Shown: positions 7,330 to 17,918 of the stretch, in pieces
Position numbering within the stretch: position 1 is the first letter of the stretch
How the letters are laid out: the number at the start of each line of letters is the position of its first letter
NCBI GenBank assembly: GCA_964534105.1
Contig: CAZHOF010000001.1
Location: 13,126 to 48,243 of the forward strand
DNA: 35,118 nt
Reading direction: 5' to 3'
Origin: an uncultured Candidatus Saccharibacteria bacterium
Lineage (GTDB): Bacteria; Patescibacteriota; Minisyncoccia; UBA6257; GWB1-50-10
Position numbers and translations under genes: made by a program
The notes under the pieces: generated by a model
The model's input: only the letters and a program-made list of their open reading frames with translations
What the model was told of the DNA's origin: nothing
The model's database searches: none

Positions 7330-9474
7330 ATGCCCAGAATTTACCCCATTGATCGCGTGAGGGATATAGGTATTATCGCCCACATTGATGCCGGAAAGAC
7401 GACAGTGTCTGAGCGTGTTTTATTTTATACCGGCATTTCACATCGCATCGGAGAGGTGCATGAAGGGCAAGCGATTATGGATTGGATGGAGCAGGAGCGC
7501 GAACGTGGTATTACCATCACCTCTGCTGCAACAACCTGTTTCTGGATTCCTTCTTATGAAAGAGTCAAGGCGGGCGACGATCAGGAAAAGCTTGCAGAGA
7601 TAAAAAAAGAAGTTGAACATCGCATCAACATCATCGACACGCCGGGACACATTGACTTCACTGTCGAGGTAAAGCGCTCATTGCGCGTTTTGGATGGTGC
7701 GGTCGTGGTGTTTGACGGGGTCTCCGGGGTTGAGCCGCAGTCCGAAACAAACTGGAGGTATGCCGACGAATTCAAAGTTCCGCGCATCTGCTTCATTAAT
7801 AAATTAGACAGAACGGGAGCAAGCTTCGATGGCAGTTTGAAATCGATTCATGACCGGTTGACGCCAAACGCCGTCGCGCTCCAAATACCCATTGGTCTCG
7901 AGAGCGACTTCTCCGGTGTCGTCGATCTTTTGGAAGAGAAAGCCCTCTTCTTCGAAGGGGAGAAGGGAGAAAAAATCGTCACGAAAGAAATCCCTGAAGC
8001 GTTACAGGAAGAAGTAAAAAAGCGTCGGAGCGAATTAGTGGAAAAGATAGCCGAGACCGACGATAAACTCATCGCCGATTTCCTTGAAGGGAAAGAAATT
8101 CCGGTTGATCTGCTGAAAAAAGCGCTCCGCAAAGCAACTCTTGAGGTAAAGCTCATCCCGGTGTTATGTGGTTCCGCCTTGAAAAACAAGGGTGTGCAGC
8201 TGCTTCTTGATGCTGTCGTGGATTATCTTCCTTCCCCGGCCGATCTGCCTCCTGTTAAGGGAATAAATCCTAAGAAACACGAAGAAGAAGAACGAAGCTC
8301 GAAAGATGACGCCCCGCTTTCTGCGTTGGCGTTCAAGATCGCTTCGGACCCGTTTGTGGGAACATTAACGTACATCCGTATCTACTCCGGGACGCTCAAA
8401 CGAAGTAGTTATATATTGAATACCACAAAGAACGAGCAGGAACGCATCGGGAGGATTCTTCGCATGCATGCAAACCATCGCGAAGAAGTCGAAGAAATGT
8501 ACGCCGGAGACCTTGGTGCCCTTGTGGGTATGAAAAATACGACAACGGGAGACACACTAACTGTTCCGGAGCAGCCGATTATCCTTGAGAAAATTACTTT
8601 CCCTGAACCAGTCATCGACATTCGTATCGAACCGAGAACAAAAGCCGATCAGGAGAAAATGGGCGTTGCACTTCACAAGCTTGCTGATGAAGATCCGACA
8701 TTTCGGGTGAGCGGCGATCCCGACTCGGGAGAAACACTCATTGCCGGCATGGGAGAGCTGCACCTGGAAATCATCGTTGAGCGTATGAAGCGCGAGTTCG
8801 GCGTAGAGGCGGACGTGGGACGCCCACAGGTCGCGTATAAGGAAACGATAAAAGGAGAAGCGGAAGCAGAAGGAAAATATATCAGGCAATCCGGTGGGAG
8901 AGGTCAGTACGGTCACGTAAAACTCCGCGTTGAGCCGCTTGAACGCGGCAAGGGATTTGAATTTGTTAATGAGATTAGGGGAGGAGTCATTCCGCAAGAG
9001 TTCATTCCGGCTGTTGAAAAAGGTGTCCGTGAAGCGATGGAGAAGGGCGTCCTTGCAGGATATCCGCTCGTGGATACCCAGGCCGCGCTGTTTGACGGTT
9101 CGTTCCACGAAGTAGATTCCTCGGAGATCGCCTTTAAGATCGCTGCAGGCATGGCGTTTCAGGAAGCAATTCGCAGGGCAAAACCCGTGCTCCTTGAGCC
9201 GATCATGAAGGTGCAGGTCATTATACCCTCGGAATTTCTTGGAGATGTTACCGGCGATTTAAGCTCTCGCAGAGCGAAAATTAACGCAATGGACGAGCGT
9301 AGTAATGTGCGTGTCGTTGATGCGGAAGTTCCTCTTGCGAGCATGTTCGGATACGTTACCAACCTTCGTTCAATGACCCAGGGAAGAGGAAGCTTCTCTA
9401 TGGAATTTTTCGCTTACGAGGAGGTTCCTGTAAATGTTACGCAAACCATTGTCGAGGGTCGGAAAAAGGAGTAA
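7330..9474 (+). CDS. fusA: Elongation factor G
   Basis: [22 protein letters not shown] and full EF-G domains II-V. 714 aa. Confidence 0.97.
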   Translation: MPRIYPIDRVRDIGIIAHIDAGKTTVSERVLFYTGISHRIGEVHEGQAIMDWMEQERERGITITSAATTCFWIPSYERVKAGDDQEKLAEIKKEVEHRINIIDTPGHIDFTVEVKRSLRVLDGAVVVFDGVSGVEPQSETNWRYADEFKVPRICFINKLDRTGASFDGSLKSIHDRLTPNAVALQIPIGLESDFSGVVDLLEEKALFFEGEKGEKIVTKEIPEALQEEVKKRRSELVEKIAETDDKLIADFLEGKEIPVDLLKKALRKATLEVKLIPVLCGSALKNKGVQLLLDAVVDYLPSPADLPPVKGINPKKHEEEERSSKDDAPLSALAFKIASDPFVGTLTYIRIYSGTLKRSSYILNTTKNEQERIGRILRMHANHREEVEEMYAGDLGALVGMKNTTTGDTLTVPEQPIILEKITFPEPVIDIRIEPRTKADQEKMGVALHKLADEDPTFRVSGDPDSGETLIAGMGELHLEIIVERMKREFGVEADVGRPQVAYKETIKGEAEAEGKYIRQSGGRGQYGHVKLRVEPLERGKGFEFVNEIRGGVIPQEFIPAVEKGVREAMEKGVLAGYPLVDTQAALFDGSFHEVDSSEIAFKIAAGMAFQEAIRRAKPVLLEPIMKVQVIIPSEFLGDVTGDLSSRRAKINAMDERSNVRVVDAEVPLASMFGYVTNLRSMTQGRGSFSMEFFAYEEVPVNVTQTIVEGRKKE

Positions 9475-9479
9475 ATACC

Positions 9480-9508
9480 TTGACAGAACCAGTGTGATGC
9501 GCAAAAAT
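9480..9508 (+). promoter_or_regulatory. Possible internal promoter upstream of tuf
   Basis: TTGACA, a 17-nt spacer, then AAAAAT, in the 99-nt fusA-tuf spacer. Confidence 0.4.
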
Positions 9509-9573
9509 GAAAAGGTTAGAGCAATTTTTGTAAAGCAAACAAAATAGGTCGAAAATAAAAAATAAACATAAAA

Positions 9574-10770
9574 ATGGCAAAGGATCAATTTAAACGGGAA
9601 AAACCCCACGTAAACGTAGGAACTATTGGTCACGTTGACCACGGTAAGACTACGCTTACGGCAGCGATTACGCACGTTCTGCACCTTAAAGGATTTGCGG
9701 GAAAGGAAGAGTCCGTCGACCAGATTGATAATGCTCCTGAAGAAAAAGCACGCGGCATTACTATTGCGCTTCACCATTCCGAATACGAATCGGAAAAGAG
9801 ACACTATGCGCATATTGATGCCCCCGGTCATGCTGACTACATTAAAAACATGATCACGGGAGCAGCTCAGATGGACGGCGCTATTCTTGTTGTTTCTGCT
9901 GCTGACGGCCCCATGCCTCAGACGCGAGAACATATTCTGCTCGCCCGACAGGTTGGCGTTCCTGCAATTATTGTCTTCCTGAATAAGGTTGACATGGTTG
10001 ACGACAAGGAATTGGTTGATTTGGTTGAGTCCGAGGTTCGAGAGCTTCTAAAGAAATACGGTTTTCCGGGGGATGAAACTCCGATAATCCGGGGTTCAGC
10101 ATTGAAAGCGCTCGAAGCGGTTTCTGCTGACGACGAAACTGCGAAGCCGATCGGGGAACTTATTGACGCCCTTGACTCCTTCATTCCGGATCCGGTTCGT
10201 GATATCGACAAACCGTTTTTGATGCCCATTGAGGATATTTTCTCAATCGAAGGACGTGGCACTGTGGTAACTGGTCGCATCGAGCGGGGTATCGTAAAAG
10301 TAAACGAGGAGGCCGAAATCATCGGTCTTCGCCCCACGCAAAAGACGGTAGTAACCGGAGTTGAGATGTTCCAAAAAACGCTTGATGAAGGTCAGGCGGG
10401 GGACAATGTCGGTATCCTCTTGCGGGGCCTCAAAAAAGAGGACGTGGAACGCGGTCAAGTTATCGCGAAACCGGGTTCTGTGACGCCTCATACGGAATTT
10501 GAAGCCGAGGTCCTTATCTTAAGCAAAGAAGAGGGCGGACGTCACACCCCTTTCTTTAAAGGATATAAACCTCAATTCTACCTTCGCACAACCGACGTAA
10601 CCGGAGAGGTATTCCTCCCGGAGGGTACGGAAATGGTTATGCCGGGAGACACAGTAAGCATAAACGTGAAGCTTATGGCTCCCGTTGCGCTTGAAGAAAA
10701 ACAACGTTTTGCTATCCGAGAAGGAGGTAAAACAGTTGGCGCCGGGACCATCACGAAGATTACAAATTAG
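9574..10770 (+). CDS. tuf: Elongation factor Tu
   Basis: [26 protein letters not shown], and full length of 398 aa. Confidence 0.98.
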   Translation: MAKDQFKREKPHVNVGTIGHVDHGKTTLTAAITHVLHLKGFAGKEESVDQIDNAPEEKARGITIALHHSEYESEKRHYAHIDAPGHADYIKNMITGAAQMDGAILVVSAADGPMPQTREHILLARQVGVPAIIVFLNKVDMVDDKELVDLVESEVRELLKKYGFPGDETPIIRGSALKALEAVSADDETAKPIGELIDALDSFIPDPVRDIDKPFLMPIEDIFSIEGRGTVVTGRIERGIVKVNEEAEIIGLRPTQKTVVTGVEMFQKTLDEGQAGDNVGILLRGLKKEDVERGQVIAKPGSVTPHTEFEAEVLILSKEEGGRHTPFFKGYKPQFYLRTTDVTGEVFLPEGTEMVMPGDTVSINVKLMAPVALEEKQRFAIREGGKTVGAGTITKITN

Positions 10771-10795
10771 GAAACGGATGTCTTCTGAGCACGAG

Positions 10796-10842
10796 GTCCG
10801 AAACAAATGACGAAAATTTTGTTCGTTTCGGACTTCTGCTTT
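10796..10842 (+). terminator. Hairpin plus T-rich tail after tuf (terminator or S10-leader structure)
   Basis: GTCCGAAAC (10796-10804) pairs with GTTTCGGAC (10825-10833), followed by TTCTGCTTT. Confidence 0.4.
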
Positions 10843-10871
10843 GAAGAGATTCGAGATAGAAGAAAAAACAC

Positions 10872-11204
10872 ATGCCAAAGAAAAAGGAACAGGCGTTAAG
10901 TGAACGGTTACGACTCCGCATCAAATCATACGATGCGAAGTTGATTGATAACTCCGTGCGCCAAATTGTCGAAGCCATTCGCGGACAAGGAGGGGAAATC
11001 GTGGGACCGGTCCCGCTTCCCACAGAGTTCCGGAGATATACCGTAAACCGATCAACATTCGTCCACAAAAAATCTCGTGAACAGTTCGAACTTAGGGTAC
11101 ATAAGCGCCTTATTGATATTATGAATCCGCAACAAAAGATTGTAGAATCGCTCTCCGATTTGAATCTCCCTGCGGGCGTGGATGTGGAAATAAAGATGAA
11201 TTAA
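10872..11204 (+). CDS. rpsJ: 30S ribosomal protein S10
   Basis: LRIKSYDAKLIDNSV..GPVPLPT..FTVNRSTFVHKKSREQFE..HKRLIDI. Confidence 0.96.
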   Translation: MPKKKEQALSERLRLRIKSYDAKLIDNSVRQIVEAIRGQGGEIVGPVPLPTEFRRYTVNRSTFVHKKSREQFELRVHKRLIDIMNPQQKIVESLSDLNLPAGVDVEIKMN

Positions 11205-11219
11205 AGAGGAAAAAGAGCA

Positions 11220-11248
11220 TTGACAGAGGCCCGAAAATGGGATAACAT
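11220..11248 (+). promoter_or_regulatory. Promoter between rpsJ and rplC
   Basis: TTGACA, a 17-nt spacer, then TAACAT. Confidence 0.5.
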
Positions 11249-11283
11249 CAAAAAAAGAGACTGCTCGCAATAAAGAAAAGAAA

Positions 11284-11311
11284 AACCGAGCTTGGTCTCG
11301 GTTATTTTTTT
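11284..11311 (+). terminator. Intrinsic terminator/attenuator immediately upstream of rplC
   Basis: AACCGAG-cttggt-CTCGGTT, followed by A plus seven T. It ends 8 nt before the rplC ATG. Confidence 0.65.
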
Positions 11312-11318
11312 GAGAGCT

Positions 11319-11768
11319 ATGATGAAATTACAAGGAGAAAAAATAAGGATGTCGCAGGTGTGGAAAGATGACCGTGTCGTTCCCGGAACGCGTGTTAAGA
11401 TTGCGGTTAAAAACGAACAAGATGAAGAAGCGTGGAAAACGCTTGAAGAAGGATCCCGCGTGATAGTAAGCGGGAAGAGTAGGGGAAAGGGATTTCAGGG
11501 AGTGGTAAAAAGACACGGGTTTAAAGGAGGACCAAAAACTCACGGGCAGAAAGATCGGCTTCGTGCCCCGGGATCCATTGGTGTCACAGCCACCCAACGC
11601 GTGATTAAGGGGAAGAAAATGGCGGGACACATGGGAAATGTGAGAGTAACCACAAAAGGATTGCTTGTCGTTGAGCGTGATGACAAAACCAGAGAAGTTT
11701 TTATAAAAGGAGCAGTGCCCGGGGTCCCCGGCGGAACCATTGAAATTCGTTTTGAGAAAAAAACATGA
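11319..11768 (+). CDS. rplC: 50S ribosomal protein L3 (short, internally deleted form)
   Basis: KSRGKGFQGVVKRHGF, PGSIG, KGKKMAGHMG, KGAVPG. An ATG at 11319 follows the attenuator. The TTG-started ORF from 11292 would include the terminator T-run. Confidence 0.9.
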   Translation: MMKLQGEKIRMSQVWKDDRVVPGTRVKIAVKNEQDEEAWKTLEEGSRVIVSGKSRGKGFQGVVKRHGFKGGPKTHGQKDRLRAPGSIGVTATQRVIKGKKMAGHMGNVRVTTKGLLVVERDDKTREVFIKGAVPGVPGGTIEIRFEKKT

Positions 11769-12391
11769 CTGTTGACGTAGTGAATAGTAACAATGAAAAA
11801 GTGGGGACGGTAGAACTTCCGAAGGAAGTTTTTGGAGTTGCGTGGAAACCGGAATTGGTGCACCAGATTTTAGTAGCGCAACGCGCAAATCAGAGAAAAC
11901 CGATTGCACACGCAAAAGACCGAAGCGAAGTCGTGGGAAGCGGGAGGAAACCGTGGAAACAGAAACATACGGGTCGTGCGCGAGCGGGCGCGGTGACGTC
12001 TCCGATTTGGCGAGGGGGAGGAATAACATTCGGTCCGACAAAGGAGAAAAATTTTACGAAAACAATCACAAAGAAGATGAAGCGAGCGGCTCTCGCATCC
12101 ATTCTTTCGAAAAAAGCAGAATCCGGAGAAATTATTATTGTGGATTCCTTTTCCCTTCCCGAGATAAAAACGAAACACATGGCACGCATGATTAGTGCGA
12201 TAACAGGGGGAAGAAAAAAAGTTGTCTGCGTGCCGGGTAAAGGCAAGAGTGATATTGTGCGGAGCGGGAGGAACATTTCCGGAGCTAAGATAATGTACCC
12301 TGCGTTACTGAACGTGCAAGATTGTCTTTCGCACAAATATATCTTAATTGAGAAGGAGGCCGTCTCTGACATTCTTAAAGGAGCTGAATAA
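11765..12391 (+). CDS. rplD: 50S ribosomal protein L4
   Basis: VAQRANQRKPIAHAKDRSEV.GSGRKPWKQKHTGRAR.G...SPIWRGGG. Overlaps the rplC stop. Confidence 0.95.
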   Translation: MTVDVVNSNNEKVGTVELPKEVFGVAWKPELVHQILVAQRANQRKPIAHAKDRSEVVGSGRKPWKQKHTGRARAGAVTSPIWRGGGITFGPTKEKNFTKTITKKMKRAALASILSKKAESGEIIIVDSFSLPEIKTKHMARMISAITGGRKKVVCVPGKGKSDIVRSGRNISGAKIMYPALLNVQDCLSHKYILIEKEAVSDILKGAE

Positions 12392-12399
12392 AAACATTT

Positions 12400-12804
12400 A
12401 TGGGTATTTTCAAGGCATTCAAAAAAAAGGACGGAGAAAAGCAAAAAACCGCTCCCAAGGAGGGTGTAGTTGCATTGCCTAAAAAAGACGCTGCCCCCGG
12501 AGCAAAAGCTTCCGGAGTAACGTCACGGATTGGGTTTGTTCTCAAAAAACCTCATATCAGCGAGAAAGCAAACGATATAAGTGCCACCGCGGGTCAATAT
12601 ATTTTTATCGTCGATGCGCGGGCGACAAAACCCATGGTTCGGCAGGCTGTCCAGGAGCGTTATGGAGTGAACGTAGAGGGCGTGAATATAATAAGAAAGA
12701 TTGGAAAAACAAAGCGTCTCGGCGGTCGCTTTTTAGGGAGGAGATCAGAGGTGAAAAAAGCTATTGTTTCTCTGAAGAAAGGGGAAAAAATAGATATCAC
12801 GTAA
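12400..12804 (+). CDS. rplW: 50S ribosomal protein L23 (with an N-terminal extension of about 45 aa)
   Basis: The C-terminal two thirds match L23 (KPHISEKA..YIFIVDARATKPMVRQAVQERYGV.V..VN). Position between rplD and rplB. Confidence 0.9.
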   Translation: MGIFKAFKKKDGEKQKTAPKEGVVALPKKDAAPGAKASGVTSRIGFVLKKPHISEKANDISATAGQYIFIVDARATKPMVRQAVQERYGVNVEGVNIIRKIGKTKRLGGRFLGRRSEVKKAIVSLKKGEKIDIT

Positions 12805-12813
12805 TACGAAAAC

Positions 12814-13644
12814 ATGAAAACAAACCGTCCCACAACTCCATCACGAAGGCATATGACTGTTGTCGATTACAACAGGAATACTTCGGGCAAGCCGAAAAAG
12901 AACGGGAAAGCGCTGAAAACACGGATAAAAAAACACGCGGGGAGAAACAATCAGGGGAGGATTACAGTACGGCATCAAGGGGGAGGGAATAAGAAACTTT
13001 ACCGAAAAATTGATTTTAAGCAAAACAAAATAGGTATCCAGGGCAAAATAGAATCGATTGAATATGATCCTTACCGCACCTCTTTCATCGCCTGCGTTCT
13101 CTATAAAGACGGGGAGCGACGATATATCCTTGCGGCGAACGGAATGAAGGTTGGTGGCAAAGTGCTCACGGGCGATAACGTTGATCTCGAAGTGGGGAAT
13201 CGTACGCATTTGAATCGTATCCCAGTGGGGACTTTTGTATACAACGTTGAGATAGCTCCGGAGAAAGGAGGACAACTTGCGCGTTCAGCGGGATCTTCGC
13301 TCCAGATTCTTGCAAATGAAGACGGCTACACGCATTTGAAAATGCCCTCAAAAGAAGTCCGTAAAGTATTATGGAACTGTTTCGCTTCAATCGGCCAGGC
13401 AGCAAACGTGGAGCACAATTTAGTGACCATTGGCAAGGCTGGCCGCTCACGCTGGCTTGGTATTCGTCCAACCGTAAGGGGCTCGGCAATGAATCCGAAA
13501 GATCACCCTTATGGGGGTGGCGAGGGGAGAACGCAGCGTGGAACTCGACGCCCGAAGACGAAATGGGGTAAGATAACCGGTGGTCATAGAACAAGGCGGA
13601 AAAAGAAGTGGTCGAACACACTTATTGTTAAACGAAGAAAATAA
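12814..13644 (+). CDS. rplB: 50S ribosomal protein L2
   Basis: GRNNQGRITVRHQGGG.K..YR.IDF, ARSAGS, MNPKDHPYGGGEGR. Confidence 0.97.
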   Translation: MKTNRPTTPSRRHMTVVDYNRNTSGKPKKNGKALKTRIKKHAGRNNQGRITVRHQGGGNKKLYRKIDFKQNKIGIQGKIESIEYDPYRTSFIACVLYKDGERRYILAANGMKVGGKVLTGDNVDLEVGNRTHLNRIPVGTFVYNVEIAPEKGGQLARSAGSSLQILANEDGYTHLKMPSKEVRKVLWNCFASIGQAANVEHNLVTIGKAGRSRWLGIRPTVRGSAMNPKDHPYGGGEGRTQRGTRRPKTKWGKITGGHRTRRKKKWSNTLIVKRRK

Positions 13645-13650
13645 ACATTT

Positions 13651-13974
13651 ATGTCACGTTCACTAAGAAAAGGTCCGTGGGTTTACCCTAAGCTGTTGAA
13701 AAAAATAGCCGGTTTAAAATCCGGGGATCGAACTGCAATAAAAACATGGGCACGAGGTTCGGAGATAGCCCCGGAGATGGTTGGTTTCACTTTTGCCGTT
13801 CATAACGGCAAGGATTTTGTAGAAGTGACTATCGCTGAAGAGATGGTTGGTCATCGGCTTGGAGAATTTTCACCAACCAAAAAATTTGTTCGACACGGAG
13901 GAAAAATACAAAAGGAACTAGAGCAGCAGAAAACGGCAGGAAATTTCACTCCTTCGAAGAACACTAAAACATAA
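13651..13974 (+). CDS. rpsS: 30S ribosomal protein S19
   Basis: [41 protein letters not shown]. Confidence 0.96.
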   Translation: MSRSLRKGPWVYPKLLKKIAGLKSGDRTAIKTWARGSEIAPEMVGFTFAVHNGKDFVEVTIAEEMVGHRLGEFSPTKKFVRHGGKIQKELEQQKTAGNFTPSKNTKT

Positions 13975-13976
13975 TC

Positions 13977-14519
13977 ATGGAAAATCGAAATACAGTAACA
14001 GCAACGTTAAAGCATTTACATATTGCTCCGCGGAAAACACGACTCATTGTGGATGTCATCAGGGGTCTTTCAGTGAATGAGGCAGAAGCGCGTCTTCTGC
14101 TCTCTCCGCGCAGACCGAGCGAACCGCTCTTGAAGCTGTTACGAAGCGCTGCCGCTAATGCGCGGAACAATTTTAAAATGAGCGAAGAGAACTTGTTCAT
14201 ACAAGAGGCAAGAGTTGATGCGGGACCAACTATGAAACGATGGATACCGCGTGCCCGGGGAGCGACGAGTCCTATTGCAAAACGCACGAGCCATGTTACG
14301 TTAGTGCTGGGCGTAAACGAAAAAACAACGGGAACACCTTTCACTATTATTCGCCCCGAGAAGAAAAAGGAGACAAATAAAAAAACAAAGAAAGCTCAAG
14401 AAGAACAAGTTGGAGACCGCGAGGCTCATAAGCATGAGGAACATGAGTATGGAGACAAATCTGTAGGCAAGAAACGAAAAGGGTTTATGCAAAAAGTATT
14501 CAGAAGGAAATCCGTTTAG
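13977..14519 (+). CDS. rplV: 50S ribosomal protein L22 (with a K/E-rich C-terminal extension)
   Basis: ATLKHLHIAPRKTRLIVDVIRG..V.EA...L, AGPTMKRW.PRARG...PI.KRTSH. About 60 extra C-terminal residues. Confidence 0.93.
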   Translation: MENRNTVTATLKHLHIAPRKTRLIVDVIRGLSVNEAEARLLLSPRRPSEPLLKLLRSAAANARNNFKMSEENLFIQEARVDAGPTMKRWIPRARGATSPIAKRTSHVTLVLGVNEKTTGTPFTIIRPEKKKETNKKTKKAQEEQVGDREAHKHEEHEYGDKSVGKKRKGFMQKVFRRKSV

Positions 14520-14524
14520 TTATT

Positions 14525-15217
14525 ATGGCACAGAAAGTAAAACCAAATGCATTTCGGTTAGGTATCACGATACCGTGGTCAAGTCGGTGGTTTTTTAAGC
14601 CATCCTTAAGGTTTTTCATTCAGGAGGATCACCTCATTAGAAAAATCATAAAGAAAAAACTGATTCACGCCGGCATTGTAAGTATCGAAATCGAACGAAC
14701 GGGGGATCGTGTGCGGGTAAATATATCCTCAAGCCGTCCGGGCCTTGTGATCGGCCGCGGAGGTGAGGGTGTAGAAACTTTGCGAAAAGAGATAATGCAG
14801 GCAATGCAAAAATTACGAAGAGAAAATAAGATGCCGACGAAGTTCACATTTTCCGTAAACGTCGACGAATTAAAGCGAACTGAAGCTTCGGCAGCGGTTG
14901 CAGCACAGCAGATTACCGAAGATATCGAGAAGCGGCAATCGTATCGGCGGATTTTGAAAAGACATCTCGATTCCTTGATGCAAAACAGGGAGGTAAAGGG
15001 AGCAAAAATCAGACTCGCGGGACGCCTGAATGGGGCGGAGATTTCCCGAAGGGACTGGCTTGCAAAAGGGAGAATGCCCCTGCAAACGCTTCGCGCAAAC
15101 ATTGATTATGCGGAAAGCACCGCTTTCTGCTCTTACGGCGTTATCGGAATAAAAGTATGGATTTACAAAGGAGAGATATTCCAGGAAAAAAAGGAAGAAC
15201 GGTATAAACAGCAATAA
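14525..15217 (+). CDS. rpsC: 30S ribosomal protein S3
   Basis: MAQKVKPNAFRLGI, KH domain GLVIGRGGEGVETLR, GRLNGAEISR. Confidence 0.96.
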   Translation: MAQKVKPNAFRLGITIPWSSRWFFKPSLRFFIQEDHLIRKIIKKKLIHAGIVSIEIERTGDRVRVNISSSRPGLVIGRGGEGVETLRKEIMQAMQKLRRENKMPTKFTFSVNVDELKRTEASAAVAAQQITEDIEKRQSYRRILKRHLDSLMQNREVKGAKIRLAGRLNGAEISRRDWLAKGRMPLQTLRANIDYAESTAFCSYGVIGIKVWIYKGEIFQEKKEERYKQQ

Positions 15218-15220
15218 CAT

Positions 15221-15646
15221 ATGCCAATGCAACCGAAAAAACAAAAATATCGAAAGCAGCAAAAAGGACGTTCCAGGAAACGTCTCACGGAAACACGCGG
15301 TACGAAAATAAGTTTCGGCAGCTTTGGTTTACAGGCACTTTCACCGGCGTGGGTCACAGAAAACCAAATCGAGGCGGCACGTAAAACAATCAGTCATGCG
15401 ATGAAGCGGGAGGGACGTATTTGGATCCGTATTTTTCCCGATAAGCCGGTCACTAAACTTCCTCCAGAAGTGACCTTGGGGGGAGGAAAAGGCGACGTTG
15501 ATCATTTCGTGTTTCCGGTAAAACCAGGGAGAATATTGTTTGAGATAGACGGGATAAATCACAATATTGCAAAAGAGGCCTTCCGAAAAGCCGGGCATAA
15601 ACTTCCCGTGAAGACAAAATTCATAGTAAAGGAGGAAGTAATATAA
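15221..15646 (+). CDS. rplP: 50S ribosomal protein L16
   Basis: MQPKKQKYRKQQKGR, FGSFGLQAL...V...QIEAAR. Confidence 0.96.
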   Translation: MPMQPKKQKYRKQQKGRSRKRLTETRGTKISFGSFGLQALSPAWVTENQIEAARKTISHAMKREGRIWIRIFPDKPVTKLPPEVTLGGGKGDVDHFVFPVKPGRILFEIDGINHNIAKEAFRKAGHKLPVKTKFIVKEEVI

Positions 15647-15649
15647 CGT

Positions 15650-15856
15650 ATGAAAAAGAAGGAATTGCAAAGCAAGAAGGAAAAAACATTACGCGAGGTT
15701 GAAGAGGAGGCAAAAGAAGCTCGGAAAAAGTTGATCAATTTTCGATACGAGCTTGCGTCAGGAAAAGGAAAAAATCCAACTGATCTTAAGAAGTTGAAAA
15801 CAACATTGGCACAGCTTTTGACCATTGCGAAAGAAAAGAAAGAAGAAGGAAAATAA
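15650..15856 (+). CDS. rpmC: 50S ribosomal protein L29
   Basis: 68-aa helical K/E-rich protein (L.E.....KL.NFRYELASGK) in the conserved position. Confidence 0.9.
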   Translation: MKKKELQSKKEKTLREVEEEAKEARKKLINFRYELASGKGKNPTDLKKLKTTLAQLLTIAKEKKEEGK

Positions 15857-15871
15857 CGACCATTATTAACC

Positions 15872-16114
15872 ATGAGAAAACTTGAAGGAATCGTAGTTTC
15901 GGATAAGATGCACAAAACGTGCGTTGTTGCCGTCGAGCACTTAAGGAAACATAAGCGTTATGTGAAATATTATAAAGTAACAAAGCGTCTGCAGGCGCAC
16001 GACGAAGATAATACATATCATGTAGGTGACCGGGTAATCGTGGAAGAAACCAGACCGATTTCTCGGACAAAACGGTGGAAAGTCGTTGGTTTAGTGAAGT
16101 CGGAATCGAAATGA
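15872..16114 (+). CDS. rpsQ: 30S ribosomal protein S17
   Basis: G.VVSDKM.KT.VV.VE....H..Y.K.....K..AHD......GD.V.I.E.RPIS..K.W. Confidence 0.94.
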   Translation: MRKLEGIVVSDKMHKTCVVAVEHLRKHKRYVKYYKVTKRLQAHDEDNTYHVGDRVIVEETRPISRTKRWKVVGLVKSESK

Positions 16115-16115
16115 T

Positions 16116-16481
16116 ATGATCCAAGAACGTTCAGTGGTAAAAGTTGCGGATAACAGCGGTGCAAAAATAGTGCGCTGTTTCCGGGTGCTTGGCGGCAGCA
16201 AAAGACGATATGCGCGCATAGGCGATGTTATTGTTGCGTCCGTACAAAGTGCGGAGCCGAGAAAGCAGGTAAAAAAGAAAGAAAAAGTACGGGCTGTTGT
16301 AGTGCGTCAACGCGCTCCTTTAAGAAGGCGGGATGGAACGCGCCTCCGTTTTGATGAAAACGCCGTCGTTATCGTTGATAAAATGCAGCCCCGTGGAACG
16401 CGTATTTTTGGCCCCATTCCACGGGAACTGAAAGAAAAGGGTTACGATGCAATAACCTCGCTTGCAAAAGAGCTGGTCTGA
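16116..16481 (+). CDS. rplN: 50S ribosomal protein L14
   Basis: [17 protein letters not shown]...CFRVLGG, GD.IVASV, FDENAVV, RIFGP.PREL. Confidence 0.97.
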   Translation: MIQERSVVKVADNSGAKIVRCFRVLGGSKRRYARIGDVIVASVQSAEPRKQVKKKEKVRAVVVRQRAPLRRRDGTRLRFDENAVVIVDKMQPRGTRIFGPIPRELKEKGYDAITSLAKELV

Positions 16482-16485
16482 TCAT

Positions 16486-16791
16486 ATGACAATCAAAAAA
16501 GGGGATTCAATACAAATCATTGCAGGAAAAGACCGCGGCAAGACGGGGAAAGTGTTACGCGTGATGCGAAGCGAGGGAAGAGTTATCGTTGAAGGTTTAA
16601 ACATTGTGAAAAAACACGTACGCCCGCGGAAGCAGGGAGAGAAAGGAGAAATCGTTGAAGTTCCTCGCCCGCTCGACATTTCCAACGTACAGGTTCTGTG
16701 CGGCCGTTGCGAAAGACCCGTGCGAACGAAAGTTAATTTCGATAATAATACGAAAACACGTGTCTGCGCGCGGTGCGGCCATGGAATATAA
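16486..16791 (+). CDS. rplX: 50S ribosomal protein L24 (with a C-terminal CxxC...CxxC ribbon)
   Basis: IKKGDSIQIIAGKDRGKTGKVLRV (KOW). The ATG at 16486 is just after the rplN stop. The C-terminus carries CGRC...CARC. Confidence 0.93.
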   Translation: MTIKKGDSIQIIAGKDRGKTGKVLRVMRSEGRVIVEGLNIVKKHVRPRKQGEKGEIVEVPRPLDISNVQVLCGRCERPVRTKVNFDNNTKTRVCARCGHGI

Positions 16792-17347
16792 CCGTAAGAA
16801 CACTATGGAACGAAAATTAAAGCAAAAAAAAGAAAAAAGGAACAAGAAAGATAATCCCAATGCGGCGCTTCGGCTTGAGAAAGTTGTCGTAAACGCAGGA
16901 ATCGGGCGTCTTTGTACACAGCAGCAATTCAAAGAGAAAACCCTTCCGGCTATAAAAGAAGAATTGGGGTTAATCACGGGTCAGGCACCCGCACCGCGTC
17001 AGGCAAAACAGTCAATAGCATCGTTTAAAATTCGTTCCGGGGATATCGTCGGATTGCAAATTACCTTGCGTGGAAAAAGAATGGAAGATTTCTTTACAAA
17101 AGTTGTTCGTATTGTGTTACCTCGCGTGAAAGACTTTCGCGGATTACCAATGAGTGTGGTAGATGGACGGGGAAATTTAAATCTGGGGTTTAAGGAACAA
17201 TACGTGTTTCCCGAAGTAAACACTGATAAATCCAAGATTCCTTTCGGTCTTCAGGTGACAGCCGTACCAACGCTTAAGAATAGAGAACAGGCAATTGATT
17301 TCTACCGCAATCTTGGGGTACCATTGAGAACCGAAACAAAAGAATAA
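16781..17347 (+). CDS. rplE: 50S ribosomal protein L5
   Basis: [15 protein letters not shown]....AK.SIA.FK.R.G, LPRV.DFRG. The start is either ATG 16781 or ATG 16805. The longer 16655 ORF merely overlaps rplX. Confidence 0.92.
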   Translation: MEYNRKNTMERKLKQKKEKRNKKDNPNAALRLEKVVVNAGIGRLCTQQQFKEKTLPAIKEELGLITGQAPAPRQAKQSIASFKIRSGDIVGLQITLRGKRMEDFFTKVVRIVLPRVKDFRGLPMSVVDGRGNLNLGFKEQYVFPEVNTDKSKIPFGLQVTAVPTLKNREQAIDFYRNLGVPLRTETKE

Positions 17348-17349
17348 CT

Positions 17350-17535
17350 ATGGCAAAAAAGTCCGTTATCGCACGATCAAAGAAAAAACCGAAGTTCTCT
17401 ACGCGGATTGTCCGTAGATGTTTTCGTTGCGGGAGAAAGCGGAGCTATATGCGTGACTTCGACCTTTGTCGCATTTGTTTCCGAGAACTGGCAAGTAAAG
17501 GAGAAATACCGGGGATAAAAAAAGCATCGTGGTAA
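17350..17535 (+). CDS. rpsN: 30S ribosomal protein S14, type Z (zinc-binding)
   Basis: 61 aa with CFRCGR...CRICFRE. Confidence 0.95.
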   Translation: MAKKSVIARSKKKPKFSTRIVRRCFRCGRKRSYMRDFDLCRICFRELASKGEIPGIKKASW

Positions 17536-17546
17536 ATTAAACGCTT

Positions 17547-17918
17547 ATGTATATTAATACGGTTATCCGCATAAAAAACGCAGAGGCAGCGCAAAAAACA
17601 GCATTAAAAATCCCGTTCTCGAAGATGGATGCGGATGTTTTGGAAACATTAAAGGAATACGGCTTTTTAAAGAGCATTGAGGTAAAAGGACGGTCTTATA
17701 AGAAAGTAATAGAAATTTTTGTGAACCCTGACAGATTGATTCAAGGAGTTAAATGGTTGAGTAAACCTTCCGTACGCCGGTACGGAACCTATAAAGATTT
17801 CTATCGAGTTAAGAACGGTTATGGCATCCTCGTAGTTTCAACCCCAAAGGGTGTGATGTCGGGGGTGAAAGCAAGGCGGGAAAAAGTGGGAGGACAGCTT
17901 CTTTTTGAGATTTGGTAA
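17547..17918 (+). CDS. rpsH: 30S ribosomal protein S8
   Basis: IRIKNA, L..L...GF...IEV, G..VVST..G.M....AR...VGG..L..IW. Confidence 0.94.
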   Translation: MYINTVIRIKNAEAAQKTALKIPFSKMDADVLETLKEYGFLKSIEVKGRSYKKVIEIFVNPDRLIQGVKWLSKPSVRRYGTYKDFYRVKNGYGILVVSTPKGVMSGVKARREKVGGQLLFEIW

